Positions 21,022-30,429 of a stretch of DNA of 56,369 bases are shown piece by piece; positions within the stretch are counted from its first letter, which is position 1; the number at the start of each line of letters is the position of its first letter. Under the pieces are notes generated by a model, which did no database searches, was not told where the DNA came from, and worked only from the letters and a program-made list of their open reading frames with translations. Position numbers and translations under genes: made by a program. Source of the DNA: Clostridia bacterium (GTDB taxonomy: Bacteria > Bacillota > Clostridia > Christensenellales > UBA1242); the NCBI GenBank assembly GCA_028708805.1, contig JAQVYC010000003.1, forward strand, positions 1 to 56,369, given 5' to 3'.

Positions 21022-21426
21022 TTAATTCAGTTTTAACTTATGACTAACTTCCTCTAAATCAAACTTATTATTTTGACCTTCTGGAAAGATATGAAGCCCG
21101 TCATTGTTTCTTCTTGGAATTATATGAAAATGTAAGTGGAAAACAGATTGGTTGGCACACTTATTATTTGCATTTATTGTGTTTATACCATCAAACCCGC
21201 AATTTTCAACATAATGTTTTGAAATTTTTTGCAAAACACCTATTACATAATTTAACTCACTATTAGGAATGTCTAAAATGTTTTTATAATGCTTTTTTGG
21301 AATTACCAAAGTGTGAGCATAAAAATCATTTGCTACATCTAAAAAAGCAAGACAATTTTCATCTTCATAAATTTTATAACAAGGACTCTCCCCTGAAACT
21401 ATTTTACAAAAAATACAATCACTCAT
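21022..21426 (-). CDS. HIT-family nucleotide hydrolase/transferase
   Basis: Histidine triad HLHFHIIPR and N-terminal CIFCKI. The start is moved to the second ATG (MSDCIFCKI), which follows the SD aaagggg; the track ORF extends to 21447. Confidence 0.85.
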   Translation of the reverse strand: MSDCIFCKIVSGESPCYKIYEDENCLAFLDVANDFYAHTLVIPKKHYKNILDIPNSELNYVIGVLQKISKHYVENCGFDGINTINANNKCANQSVFHLHFHIIPRRNNDGLHIFPEGQNNKFDLEEVSHKLKLN

Positions 21427-21660
21427 AAAATAACCCCTTTCGAACATTTTACCATATTTTACAATTGTTCACAACCAAATAAATCTCTTTGCCTTTTAAC
21501 ACTTTGTTAAAGATTGCCAAACATTGAAGTTGTGAATAACCACGACAATATTAAATGTAAAAAATATTTAAAATAGAATTTTCAATAATAATTGCAAAAT
21601 ATACTAGAATACATTATTATATAATACAGTTATAAAAATTTAAAAATCAGGAGATAAAAT

Positions 21661-22374
21661 ATGTTTTACTTAACTTACTATTTAATGGGGCTTGTTCTTA
21701 TCCCCGGAATCATTTATGCAATTGTTGTTCAAAACAAAGTTAACAACACATTCAAAACTTATCAGAAGGTGCAAAGTATTAAGGGTGTAAACGCTCAAGA
21801 TACTTGCAAGAAAATTTTACAAAACGCAGGAATCACAGATGTGGAAATTGTTAAAACAAAAGGGTTTTTAACAGATAATTATAATCCTAAAACAAAGGTT
21901 TTAAGTCTTTCCGAAGGTGTTTATGGTTCCACCTCAATAAGTGCGTTGGGTGTTGCCGCTCACGAAGCGGGGCATGCAGTTCAGCACGCAGAAAATTATG
22001 CTCCGTTGAAATTAAGAAAGGTTATGGGAACTTTAAGCACAATTACATCTCGTCTTTTATGGCCACTTTTGATTATTGGAATTTTGCTTTCGGCATTTTC
22101 TTCTCTCTATTTGGGGGAAATCTTTCTTTGGGCAGGTGTGGCTTTCTTTGCCATTTCCGTTATTTTCTCGTTAATTACTTTACCAGTTGAGTTCAATGCT
22201 TCTAAAAGGGCAATGTCTTCTCTTGTTAGTGTTGGGGCATTAGATGAAACAGAAGTTAAAGGGGCAAAGGTTGTTTTAAATGCTGCCGCACAAACATATG
22301 TGGCCGCTTTGGTTGTTGCAATTTTATCTTTTTTAAGATTTTTCTTAGCAATATTAATATCAAGAAATGATTAA
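21661..22374 (+). CDS. yugP: YugP-type membrane zinc metallopeptidase
   Basis: 237-aa ORF with the HEAGHAVQH zinc motif, flanking TM helices and the conserved LITLPVEFNASKRA block. It is colinear with Bacillus YugP as I recall it. Confidence 0.85.
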   Translation: MFYLTYYLMGLVLIPGIIYAIVVQNKVNNTFKTYQKVQSIKGVNAQDTCKKILQNAGITDVEIVKTKGFLTDNYNPKTKVLSLSEGVYGSTSISALGVAAHEAGHAVQHAENYAPLKLRKVMGTLSTITSRLLWPLLIIGILLSAFSSLYLGEIFLWAGVAFFAISVIFSLITLPVEFNASKRAMSSLVSVGALDETEVKGAKVVLNAAAQTYVAALVVAILSFLRFFLAILISRND

Positions 22375-22520
22375 GAACTTCAATACAACTTTGTTTTAGT
22401 TAATTATGCACTGAACTAACTTTGTTATTAATTATGTTTAACAACTTTAATTCGCATTAAAAGTTTTATCACTTTAAAAAGAGCAAGTAATTTGCTTTTT
22501 TTTATTGTTATGATTTTTAA

Positions 22521-22572
22521 TTTCTAAGAAAAAACTTATTTAGCCAAATTAATTATGGCGAGATTTGCTTGC
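22521..22572 (+). repeat. intergenic hairpin repeat, copy D
   Basis: TTTCTAAGAAAAAACTTATTTAGCCAAATTAATTATGGCGAGATTTGCTTGC, with arms ATTTAGCC/GGCGAGAT (7 of 8 pairs including one G-T). Confidence 0.6.
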
Positions 22573-22598
22573 AGAGCTTTTTATAATCTATATAAAAC

Positions 22599-23357
22599 TT
22601 AAAAAAACTTCGTTCTGCGTGTAAGACCCGTCCAAGCAAACAAGGCTCTGAAAAAGTCTCCGACATATGTTTTTCGTGCAGATTTTAAAAACTTTTTAAC
22701 CAACAAAATTTGATTTTCAGGTAAAACTTTATATTTCCTTAACAACCTTATGGCAAGCTCTGAGGCATCTTTTTCAAGTTTTATTGTGATATATTTCAAA
22801 ATTAATGCAACTAAAAATGATATAAAAATTAATCCTACTGCTATTAAACTATATGTTAAATAATTGAAAACGGCAAAAGAAATTGCTAATATCATTAAAG
22901 GATAATTTAACATTCCTAAAACTTTAAGTACTCTTGACATTCGGTAATTTTTTATTAATTGTTTTGAATTTTTAAAGTGCTGTAATGCATGCCCCATTTC
23001 GTGAGCCGTGATTGCTAGGCTTGCAATACTATTATTATTAGCCACTTCCTCGGTTAAATTTAAAGTTCGATTCTTTGTTGAATAACTGCAATTTGCCGAA
23101 TTCTGTTCTTCTATTATATTAACATTTAACAATCCGTCAAACTCCTGTAAATTTAAAAAATTTACCAAAGTAAGTGCTGTCCCGTTATATTCTGTTGTTG
23201 TTTTTTTCATTTTTTCAAACTGAAACATAAACGAATCATAAGAGTAATTTGCAAGAGTGATTGCCAAAAGCACAAAAAGTACAATTGCTCCGATAATTAT
23301 AAATAAATAATATTCTTGAATTATAGAAAGTAAATCCATATATTTATTGTAAGCCAT
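22599..23357 (-). CDS. divergent YugP-like membrane zinc metallopeptidase paralog
   Basis: 252-aa ORF with HEMGHALQH, an N-terminal TM helix and C-terminal TM helices. It has the same architecture as the convergent yugP gene but low sequence similarity. Confidence 0.65.
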   Translation of the reverse strand: MAYNKYMDLLSIIQEYYLFIIIGAIVLFVLLAITLANYSYDSFMFQFEKMKKTTTEYNGTALTLVNFLNLQEFDGLLNVNIIEEQNSANCSYSTKNRTLNLTEEVANNNSIASLAITAHEMGHALQHFKNSKQLIKNYRMSRVLKVLGMLNYPLMILAISFAVFNYLTYSLIAVGLIFISFLVALILKYITIKLEKDASELAIRLLRKYKVLPENQILLVKKFLKSARKTYVGDFFRALFAWTGLTRRTKFF

Positions 23358-23602
23358 AATAACCTTTTTAGCAATTATATGTATAATATTAGCTTGAAAT
23401 ATATAAATAATTGTGTATAATGAATAATAATAATAAAATTAAAGTTAATTTTAATGAAATTGAAGTTTATTTAAAAAATTTGGCTTTAAAATCAGTTTTA
23501 AAAAGCAAACAAAAAAGGTTATTGGCTTTCTTTTTAAATAGCACCAAAAATTATAAGCGTGCTAATATATTTTAAACCAAACAATAATACTGAATAGAAA
23601 CA

Positions 23603-24982
23603 ATGTTTGCATTAATTAATAAAAAAGATATTTATGGAGTTAAAGTGGAAAATATTTTAAAAACAATTAAAGAAAACAATTTAATATCTAAGGGGGATAT
23701 CATTGGCGTTGCCGTTAGTGGTGGCAGCGATTCTATGTGCTTATTGCATTATTTACATAGCCTATCTAGCGAAATGGATATTGAAATTGTTGTTATTCAT
23801 ATTGACCATGGCATTCGTTCGAATAGTTCAGAAGATGCCCGCTTTGTTCTTAATTTTTGCAAAAAAAGAATGATAAGGTCTTATAAGTTTAAAATTGATG
23901 TACCAAAACTAATTTTACAGAAAAAAATGTCATTAGAGCAGGCCGCCCGAGAAGCCCGTTATGGTGTTTTTGATGCTCTCATAAAAAAGGGTGTTGCAGA
24001 TAAAATTGCAATTGCTCACAATTCAAGGGACCAAGCCGAAACAATTTTAATTAATTTATTTCGTGGAACAGGTGTTGTAGGAGTTAGCGGTATGGATGTT
24101 ATTCGTGGCGCCTATATTCGCCCTATGTTAAACACTTCCAAAAAATCAATTTTCGAATATATAAGCAATAATGATATTCCGTTTGTTGAAGATGAAACGA
24201 ATAAAGATAATTCTTATTCTAGAAATCATATAAGAAATTTAATTCTTCCACTTGTTGAAGAAAAATGGCCCGATGCGGTAGATAAAATTGTAAACTTTGG
24301 CAGAGATTGCTATGAAGATAATGCTTACATATCTGGGCAAATTATAACTGATGCAATTATTTATGAAAATAAAACGGCAAAAATACCTCTTACCTATTTT
24401 TTATATCCAAATGCAATTGTTTCTAGAATTATTTTTAAAGCTCTTGGAAAAATTGATGTGAATAAAGACATTGACCGAGTTCATATCCAAATGATTAAAA
24501 ATCTTGCCCAGCATGGCGAAAATGGCAAAAAAATAAATTTGCCTTTAAAAATCTCTGTTTATAAAGAATATGATTATGTTACGATAACAAACCGCCAAAA
24601 AGATGAAGTTGATTTAAAAGTGCCTTTTAAGTCAGGAAGTTTTGATGTAGAAAATTTTGGAACGGTTACAATAAGGCGAGTAAAAGATTTTTTAAATGAT
24701 ACTTTAGGAGAAGGTGAACTGCTTGTTGACACTAAAAAAATACCTAAAACGGCAGAGTGGAGATTTAAACAGAATGGGGATGTTTTTCATAAATTCGGCA
24801 GTGGCACAAAAAAGCTTAAAGATTATTTTATAGACAAAAAAATTCCGTCAAGATTAAGAAATACAATTCCCGTTTTAGCTAATGAAAATGAAGTTCTTAT
24901 TATTGCTGGAATTGAAATTAGTGAAAATGTTAAAGTGGACCAAAACACAAAAACAGCCTCAAAAATTACCGTTATCAAATAA
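23603..24982 (+). CDS. tilS: tRNA(Ile)-lysidine synthase
   Basis: PP-loop GVAVSGGSDS, then the HIDHGIR block and a C-terminal TilS domain. The true start may be the GTG at 23645, which has a ggag SD. Confidence 0.9.
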   Translation: MFALINKKDIYGVKVENILKTIKENNLISKGDIIGVAVSGGSDSMCLLHYLHSLSSEMDIEIVVIHIDHGIRSNSSEDARFVLNFCKKRMIRSYKFKIDVPKLILQKKMSLEQAAREARYGVFDALIKKGVADKIAIAHNSRDQAETILINLFRGTGVVGVSGMDVIRGAYIRPMLNTSKKSIFEYISNNDIPFVEDETNKDNSYSRNHIRNLILPLVEEKWPDAVDKIVNFGRDCYEDNAYISGQIITDAIIYENKTAKIPLTYFLYPNAIVSRIIFKALGKIDVNKDIDRVHIQMIKNLAQHGENGKKINLPLKISVYKEYDYVTITNRQKDEVDLKVPFKSGSFDVENFGTVTIRRVKDFLNDTLGEGELLVDTKKIPKTAEWRFKQNGDVFHKFGSGTKKLKDYFIDKKIPSRLRNTIPVLANENEVLIIAGIEISENVKVDQNTKTASKITVIK

Positions 24983-25073
24983 AAAAATTAAGAAAATGTA
25001 CAAAATTCTAATATAAAAGGTATAAAATATTAGAAATCTATATACAAACTGGACTAAAATAGTTGTCTGTTGT

Positions 25074-25090
25074 TGTGGAAATGTGGATAA
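25074..25090. promoter_or_regulatory. DnaA-box doublet 1
   Basis: TGTGGAAA abuts TGTGGATAA. The second box is a perfect TTATCCACA on the complementary strand. Confidence 0.75.
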
Positions 25091-25177
25091 CTTCTTGTTT
25101 TTGGCATATTTTTAAAACAAATTGTTTAATTTTGAACAGAATTCATAAATATTAGTGAGAATGTATGAATATGCAGC

Positions 25178-25194
25178 TGTGGAAATGTGGATAA
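25178..25194. promoter_or_regulatory. DnaA-box doublet 2
   Basis: An identical 17-mer TGTGGAAATGTGGATAA lies 104 bp from doublet 1. The wider shared context is the 19-mer TGTGGAAATGTGGATAACT. Confidence 0.75.
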
Positions 25195-25450
25195 CTTTTT
25201 CAACACTGCTTTTTGCCTTGTTAATCAACCCTTTCTTCTATTTTAAAAAATTATCTCTTGCAAAGTTTTATAATTTAGGCTAATTTTTTGTTTATGTTTA
25301 TACGATAAGTTTTTGAAATATAGACAAAATAGAATTCTCGTCAAATCAAACCATACGTCTTATTTTAAAAAAAACAATAATTTAAAGTCTTTTTTAGCTT
25401 TTTGTTTATAAATCTTTAAAAAGCGAAACAATCAAAAATGTAAGTTATAT

Positions 25451-25479
25451 TTGACTTTTTTAGATACTTCACTTACAAT
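25451..25479 (+). promoter_or_regulatory. candidate sigma-A promoter for hisS
   Basis: TTGACT, a 17-nt spacer, then TACAAT, ~25 nt upstream of the hisS SD (aggag). Confidence 0.45.
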
Positions 25480-25503
25480 AATTAAAAATAACTAGGAGTT
25501 TTT

Positions 25504-26799
25504 ATGCAAAAAGCAAAGGCCAGAACACTTTCAGGCTTTATGGAATTATTACCTCAAAAACAAATTATCTTTAACCAAATGAAAGATAAAATTATATCTG
25601 TTTTTAAACTTAACGGGCTTGCACCTATGGATACGCCTGTTTTAGAATATAGCGATGTTTTATTGGCGAAAGCAGGTGGCGAAACTGAAAAACAAATTTA
25701 TCAGTTTAATAAAGGTAGCACAGATTTATGTATGCGTTTTGACCTTACTGTTCCTTTCGCTAAATATGTTTCACTTTATCAAAACGAATTGACATTTCCA
25801 TTCAGACGATATCAAGTTGGTAAGGTTTTTCGTGGAGAACGAGCTCAAAAAGGTCGGTTTAGAGAATTTTATCAATGTGATATAGATATTATTGATAATG
25901 AAAAGCTATCTCTTCACTCTGATGCTGAGTGTATTGATATTTTAAGTCAGGTTTATGACGCCTTGGAACAACCTATATTAATAAAAGTAAATAACCGTAA
26001 AATTATTAACGGTCTACTTGAAAATTTTAAATTAACAGAAAAAACAACCGAGATTTTAATTTTGCTAGATAAGAAAAGCAAACTTGATAAAGAATTGTTT
26101 TTAGCTGAATTTAATAAAATAACGCCTATGGCTTCCGAAATTATTGAAATTTTAAACAGCGACACTCCACAAAAGCTAGCAGAGTTTAATATAACAAATA
26201 AAACATTTTTGCAAGGCATAAGCGAAATTCAAACTATTTTTAAAATTTTGCAACTTTTAGAAGTAAAAAATGAAATAATTTTTGATTTATTTACTATTCG
26301 AGGACTAGCTTATTACACAGGCACTGTTTTTGAAGCCTTTTTGAAAAATATTCCTGAACAGTCTTCTGTTAGTGGTGGAGGGCGATACGATAACTTAACC
26401 GAAAGTTTTTCAAATAAAGGCTTTTATGGAGTTGGCATTAGTATAGGCTTAACGCGACTTTTTGATTTGTTAGATAAAAATAATTTGTTAGAATTTTCTA
26501 AAACAACCACAACAACGCTGGCACTTATTCCCTTAACCAATATCCAAGAATTAACGAATCATTGTTATGGTTTGTCTAAGCAATTAAAAAATAATGGAAT
26601 TAACACCGAAGTTTTATATTTTGAAAAAACTTTTAAAAATAAATTAAATTATGCCAATAAAAAGAAAATACCATTTATAATTGTTGTAGGAGATGACGAA
26701 ATTCAAAACGGTAGTTATTCTCTTAAAAATATGGAAACAGGCGAAACTGTAAACACTTCATTACAAGGTTTAATTGAATTGTTAGGAGGCAAAGCTTGA
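25504..26799 (+). CDS. hisS: histidine--tRNA ligase
   Basis: 431-aa class II aaRS with HisRS blocks MRFDLTVPFAKYV, FRGERAQKGRFREFYQCD and GGGRYDNL, plus a C-terminal anticodon-binding domain. Confidence 0.93.
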   Translation: MQKAKARTLSGFMELLPQKQIIFNQMKDKIISVFKLNGLAPMDTPVLEYSDVLLAKAGGETEKQIYQFNKGSTDLCMRFDLTVPFAKYVSLYQNELTFPFRRYQVGKVFRGERAQKGRFREFYQCDIDIIDNEKLSLHSDAECIDILSQVYDALEQPILIKVNNRKIINGLLENFKLTEKTTEILILLDKKSKLDKELFLAEFNKITPMASEIIEILNSDTPQKLAEFNITNKTFLQGISEIQTIFKILQLLEVKNEIIFDLFTIRGLAYYTGTVFEAFLKNIPEQSSVSGGGRYDNLTESFSNKGFYGVGISIGLTRLFDLLDKNNLLEFSKTTTTTLALIPLTNIQELTNHCYGLSKQLKNNGINTEVLYFEKTFKNKLNYANKKKIPFIIVVGDDEIQNGSYSLKNMETGETVNTSLQGLIELLGGKA

Positions 26800-28007
26800 A
26801 CAATAACATAAACCAAACACCTAATAAGCAAGAAATAAAAAAATCGCATAAACGAGTTTTTTATTCAAGCCCACTTCCGAAGAAAAAAAGCCCTAAACCA
26901 GAACATACGCAAAAATCGCAAAGTTCAGTTTTAGCTAATGCAAAACAAAATTTGCAAAAAAATATTTCACAAAATAAACAAGAATTAAAGACAAATATTT
27001 CACAAAATAACCAAGAACTAAAGACAAATATTTCACAAAATAAAAAACAGGCTCAGCGAGTTCCTTATGGAAAAACACAAAACTTGCCACAGGTTACACA
27101 GCCAATTCAAAAACCTCAAAATAAAACTGTTCAATTAATACAAGTTCCGCACAAACAAAACTTACCAAGCACACAACAAAATAAACAAGTTTCTCAATTA
27201 ACGCAACTTGCTAAAATCAAGCAATCTCAAATAAATCAAAATTTACAAAAACAAAATCTTAAAACTGAACAAAAATCACAACACAATCAAACTTCACAAA
27301 TTATTAAAAAATCTAATATTAAAAATTTTCAACCAAAACAACTTTTACAAGACAATCAAACTCAACTTAAATTAGATAATCAGGCTTTACAATCAAATAA
27401 ATCGCAAACAAAACAACTTACCGAACCGAAAAAAAACCTTCAAGTTGGTCTAAAAAAACAAAACAAACAAATCAATCAAGCCTCCCACCCCACTAAAACA
27501 ACACAAATAGTTAAGTCTGAGCAAGCCTCTCTTTTGGATATTTCAAGAAAATTAGACAACTTAAAAACCGACATTTCAAAAATTTCAGACAACTCAAAAA
27601 ATATATATACGAATTTTTTAAATGCAATTTCTCCTGGAATGAGCAAAGATGTACCACCTTTACTGCTTGCTTTTATTGGTGATGCCGTGCATACCTTGTT
27701 TGTGAGAACATTTTTTATAAAAAATGTGAATAGTCCTGTTGGTAAAAAGCATACTCAATGTTCTAGTTTTTGCCGTGCAAAAAGTCAGGCGGATGCCTTA
27801 GATTTTATATCTGAGTTTTTAAATGAAAACGAGCTAGATATTGCAAAGCGAGCTAGAAATTCTAAAAACCACAGCTCTTCGAAAAACACTGACCCGGAAG
27901 ATTACAGAAAAGCCACCAGTTTTGAAGCGGTTGTTGGACATCTATATATAACAAATCAAATCAATAAATTAGAATCGCTTTTAATGAAGTTTATGGAGAA
28001 AGAATGA
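26796..28007 (+). CDS. mrnC: mini-ribonuclease III with ~275-aa Q/K/N-rich N-terminal extension
   Basis: The C-terminal ~125 aa carry the Mini-III signature (LAFIGDAVHTLFVR ... RARNSKNHSSSKNTDPEDYRKATSFEAVVGHLY). The TTG start has a strong SD (GGAGG 5 nt upstream) and overlaps the hisS stop. About 275 stop-free codons precede the catalytic core. Confidence 0.75.
   Translation: MNNNINQTPNKQEIKKSHKRVFYSSPLPKKKSPKPEHTQKSQSSVLANAKQNLQKNISQNKQELKTNISQNNQELKTNISQNKKQAQRVPYGKTQNLPQVTQPIQKPQNKTVQLIQVPHKQNLPSTQQNKQVSQLTQLAKIKQSQINQNLQKQNLKTEQKSQHNQTSQIIKKSNIKNFQPKQLLQDNQTQLKLDNQALQSNKSQTKQLTEPKKNLQVGLKKQNKQINQASHPTKTTQIVKSEQASLLDISRKLDNLKTDISKISDNSKNIYTNFLNAISPGMSKDVPPLLLAFIGDAVHTLFVRTFFIKNVNSPVGKKHTQCSSFCRAKSQADALDFISEFLNENELDIAKRARNSKNHSSSKNTDPEDYRKATSFEAVVGHLYITNQINKLESLLMKFMEKE
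26961..27046 (+). repeat. 33-bp in-frame tandem repeat (about 2.6 units) inside the mrnC extension
   Basis: AATATTTCACAAAATAAACAAGAATTAAAGACA is repeated, encoding NISQNKQELKT / NISQNNQELKT / NISQNKK. Confidence 0.85.
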
Positions 28008-28729
28008 ATATTTATGGAAAAAATGCCATAGCCGAGGCTTTGGACAGTGTTACAATTAATAAACTTTTTATAGATAAGAATATGCCTTTCGACAAATATA
28101 ATCAAAAAATAATTGATGATGCTAAGCGAAAAAATGTTAAAGTGTATTTCGAGTCTAAAAATGTTTTAAGTCAAAAATGTGGAAGTGTAAAGCATCAAGG
28201 CTTTGTTGCGGAGATAACCGAATTTGTTTACAGTGAAACCGAAGATATTTTAAAAATTGCTGAGAGCAAAAATGAACAGCCTTTTATTTTGGTTTTAGAT
28301 GGCATTACCGACCCGCAAAATTTAGGGGCAATAATTAGAAGTGCTGAATGCTTTGGTGTGCATGGAATTATAATTCAAAAGGACCGAGCTTGTTCCATAA
28401 ATGAAACTGTTTATAAAACAAGTGCTGGGGCTATAAATAATATGTTAATTGCACGAGTTGTAAACCTAAACCGAGAAATTGAGTATCTGAAAAAGAACAA
28501 TGTTTGGATTTACGGCTTTGAACTAGGCGGAGAAGAATTATCTAAAACCAAGCTAGATGGAGCTTTGGCTTTGGTTATTGGTAGTGAAGGTAAAGGCATT
28601 CGTCAACTTGTAAAAGAAAATTGTGATTTTGTTGTCTCAATTCCAATGAAAGGGGCAATAAATTCCTTAAATGCTAGTGTTGCAACAGGTATTGCTCTTT
28701 ATGAAGTTACAAGACAAAAAGCATCTTAA
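28004..28729 (+). CDS. rlmB: 23S rRNA (guanosine-2'-O)-methyltransferase, SpoU/TrmH family
   Basis: 241-aa ORF with motifs DGITDPQNLGAIIRSAECFG, LVIGSEGKGIR and SLNASVATGIALYE. It overlaps the mrnC stop and is syntenic with Bacillus mrnC-yacO. Confidence 0.88.
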   Translation: MNIYGKNAIAEALDSVTINKLFIDKNMPFDKYNQKIIDDAKRKNVKVYFESKNVLSQKCGSVKHQGFVAEITEFVYSETEDILKIAESKNEQPFILVLDGITDPQNLGAIIRSAECFGVHGIIIQKDRACSINETVYKTSAGAINNMLIARVVNLNREIEYLKKNNVWIYGFELGGEELSKTKLDGALALVIGSEGKGIRQLVKENCDFVVSIPMKGAINSLNASVATGIALYEVTRQKAS

Positions 28730-28825
28730 ATTTTTAAAATTTTCTTCAAGTGAAATCAAGTTTCTTTAAACTGGCAAACTTGAAAGATTTAATCTTAAAA
28801 ACAAGATATATAAAATTCAAGCTAG

Positions 28826-29464
28826 GTGATAATGAATTTAGAAAAAGAAAAATTAAGTGATGAAGAAAACATCATAAGATATCAAAACGGCAATGAGAAT
28901 ATCATTGATTTTATCTTTTTTAAATATAAGAACTTAGTGCATAGTATTGCAGGCAAATATTATCTTAATGGTGCAGAGCCTGATGACTTATTACAAGAAG
29001 GAATGATTGGCTTATATAATGCGTGCAACAGTTTTAATTCATCTATGAATAAATCTTTTAAATCATTTGCTTATCTTTGTATTGAAAGACAAATTCAAAG
29101 TGCAGTAAAATCTGCAAACCGCCAAAAAAACATAGTTCTTAATAATGCATTATCACTTAACAAACAATTTGGATTAACACATCAAAAAGATGACGAGCAG
29201 GGTGAAGAAGAAACGGCAAAATCTCTTCCATCCCCCGACCCAACTCCCGAAGATAAAATAATTGAAGAAGAAACTTATCTTGAAAGATTAAAACAAATTC
29301 GGCAAAGCCTTTCTGATTATGAATTTAAAATTTTGAAGCATTACATAAAGGGTTATAAATATGAATATATTGCTGAATTAATTGACAGGGACTTTAAAAG
29401 TATTGACAATGCAATAACCAGAATTAAAACTAAGTTAAAGTTTTTGAAAAATTTAAAAAAATAA
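28826..29464 (+). CDS. sigH: RNA polymerase sigma factor SigH-like (sigma-70 family)
   Basis: Region 2 (DDLLQEGMIGLYNACNSFN...FKSFAYLCIERQI) and region 4 (YIAELIDRDFKSIDNAITRIKTKL) are colinear with Bacillus SigH. It sits in the conserved position after mrnC-rlmB. The start could instead be the ATG at 28832. Confidence 0.8.
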   Translation: MIMNLEKEKLSDEENIIRYQNGNENIIDFIFFKYKNLVHSIAGKYYLNGAEPDDLLQEGMIGLYNACNSFNSSMNKSFKSFAYLCIERQIQSAVKSANRQKNIVLNNALSLNKQFGLTHQKDDEQGEEETAKSLPSPDPTPEDKIIEEETYLERLKQIRQSLSDYEFKILKHYIKGYKYEYIAELIDRDFKSIDNAITRIKTKLKFLKNLKK

Positions 29465-29480
29465 AACAGACTATAACGAA

Positions 29481-29510
29481 ACGAAAATAACGCAATTTTT
29501 TCGTTTTTTT
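29481..29510 (+). terminator. intrinsic terminator after sigH
   Basis: Stem ACGAAAA/TTTTCGT with a 10-nt loop, followed by a T-run. Confidence 0.5.
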
Positions 29511-29603
29511 GTTTTCTTTTATACAATTTTATGAAACACTATTCATTTTTTTGTTAAAATATGTTAAACTATACTATAATAATTTTAGAAAAAGGAATTA
29601 TAT

Positions 29604-30401
29604 ATGGAAGGTAAAACTTATACAGCAAAAATGGGTATTGGGAGCTATGTATTAATTCTTCTTGTTATTGCGGGAGTTTCCGCATTAGCATTATTTCTTT
29701 TTTTGCCTAAAACAAATTATCAATCTGCATTTAATAATGTTTATAATATTCAAGATAGTTATTACCAAAAAAACATAAATAATAAAAATGTTGATGAATA
29801 CCTAAATATTATTTTAGACATAGATAATATTTCGACTTATCATTCAACTCAAATTAATTTATACAGCAAAATTTTAAGTATTTTAAACCTGTCTAATATA
29901 TATTGTATGAATGCCTTAATGGTGATTGACCCACAAGCCGAATACAATGATTTAGTTTTTAAGCAAAAAACTTCTTTGGATGAGTTTTTAAAAACAAAAA
30001 GCGAGCTTTCTACCCACCTTACTTTTAATATGAGAGAACTATTTAATAATCCTACTTTAAATCAAACAACAGTAAGTGAATATGTTGCTCCTTTTATAAA
30101 TAAATTTAAAAAGCTTGTTGAAGAATATGCAAGTTTCTATTATAAAACCGCACGCCTTATTAATGACGGAACTCTTCGTGGAATTGAAAACAATGAACTT
30201 ACCATAACGGCAAACCGTGAAATAAATTTAGCCATTAGTCGTATTTTAAATGTTTCTGATATCTATAATTGTTTTAACTATGTAAATTCTCTTCAAAGCC
30301 ACGCAACGATAATGTATGACGAAGATTTCTACCTTGAATATTACAACGGTGGTTATTCAGTTAACGATGTTATTAATATTTTAGGAGATATTTGCCCTTA
30401 A
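29604..30401 (+). CDS. membrane-anchored hypothetical protein
   Basis: 265-aa ORF with a single N-terminal TM helix (SYVLILLVIAGVSALALFLFL). The remainder is helical and N/Y-rich, with no recognised domain. Confidence 0.5.
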   Translation: MEGKTYTAKMGIGSYVLILLVIAGVSALALFLFLPKTNYQSAFNNVYNIQDSYYQKNINNKNVDEYLNIILDIDNISTYHSTQINLYSKILSILNLSNIYCMNALMVIDPQAEYNDLVFKQKTSLDEFLKTKSELSTHLTFNMRELFNNPTLNQTTVSEYVAPFINKFKKLVEEYASFYYKTARLINDGTLRGIENNELTITANREINLAISRILNVSDIYNCFNYVNSLQSHATIMYDEDFYLEYYNGGYSVNDVINILGDICP

Positions 30402-30429
30402 TAAAAAAACAAAAAGAAAAGGATACTCA

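Noticed and set aside
25195-25503. A T-box leader upstream of hisS, and likewise upstream of valS at 56001-56369 on the minus strand.
   Set aside because: No match to the conserved T-box sequence (AGGGTGGNACCGCG or its complement on the plus strand for valS). No specifier-loop/terminator-antiterminator arrangement is visible.
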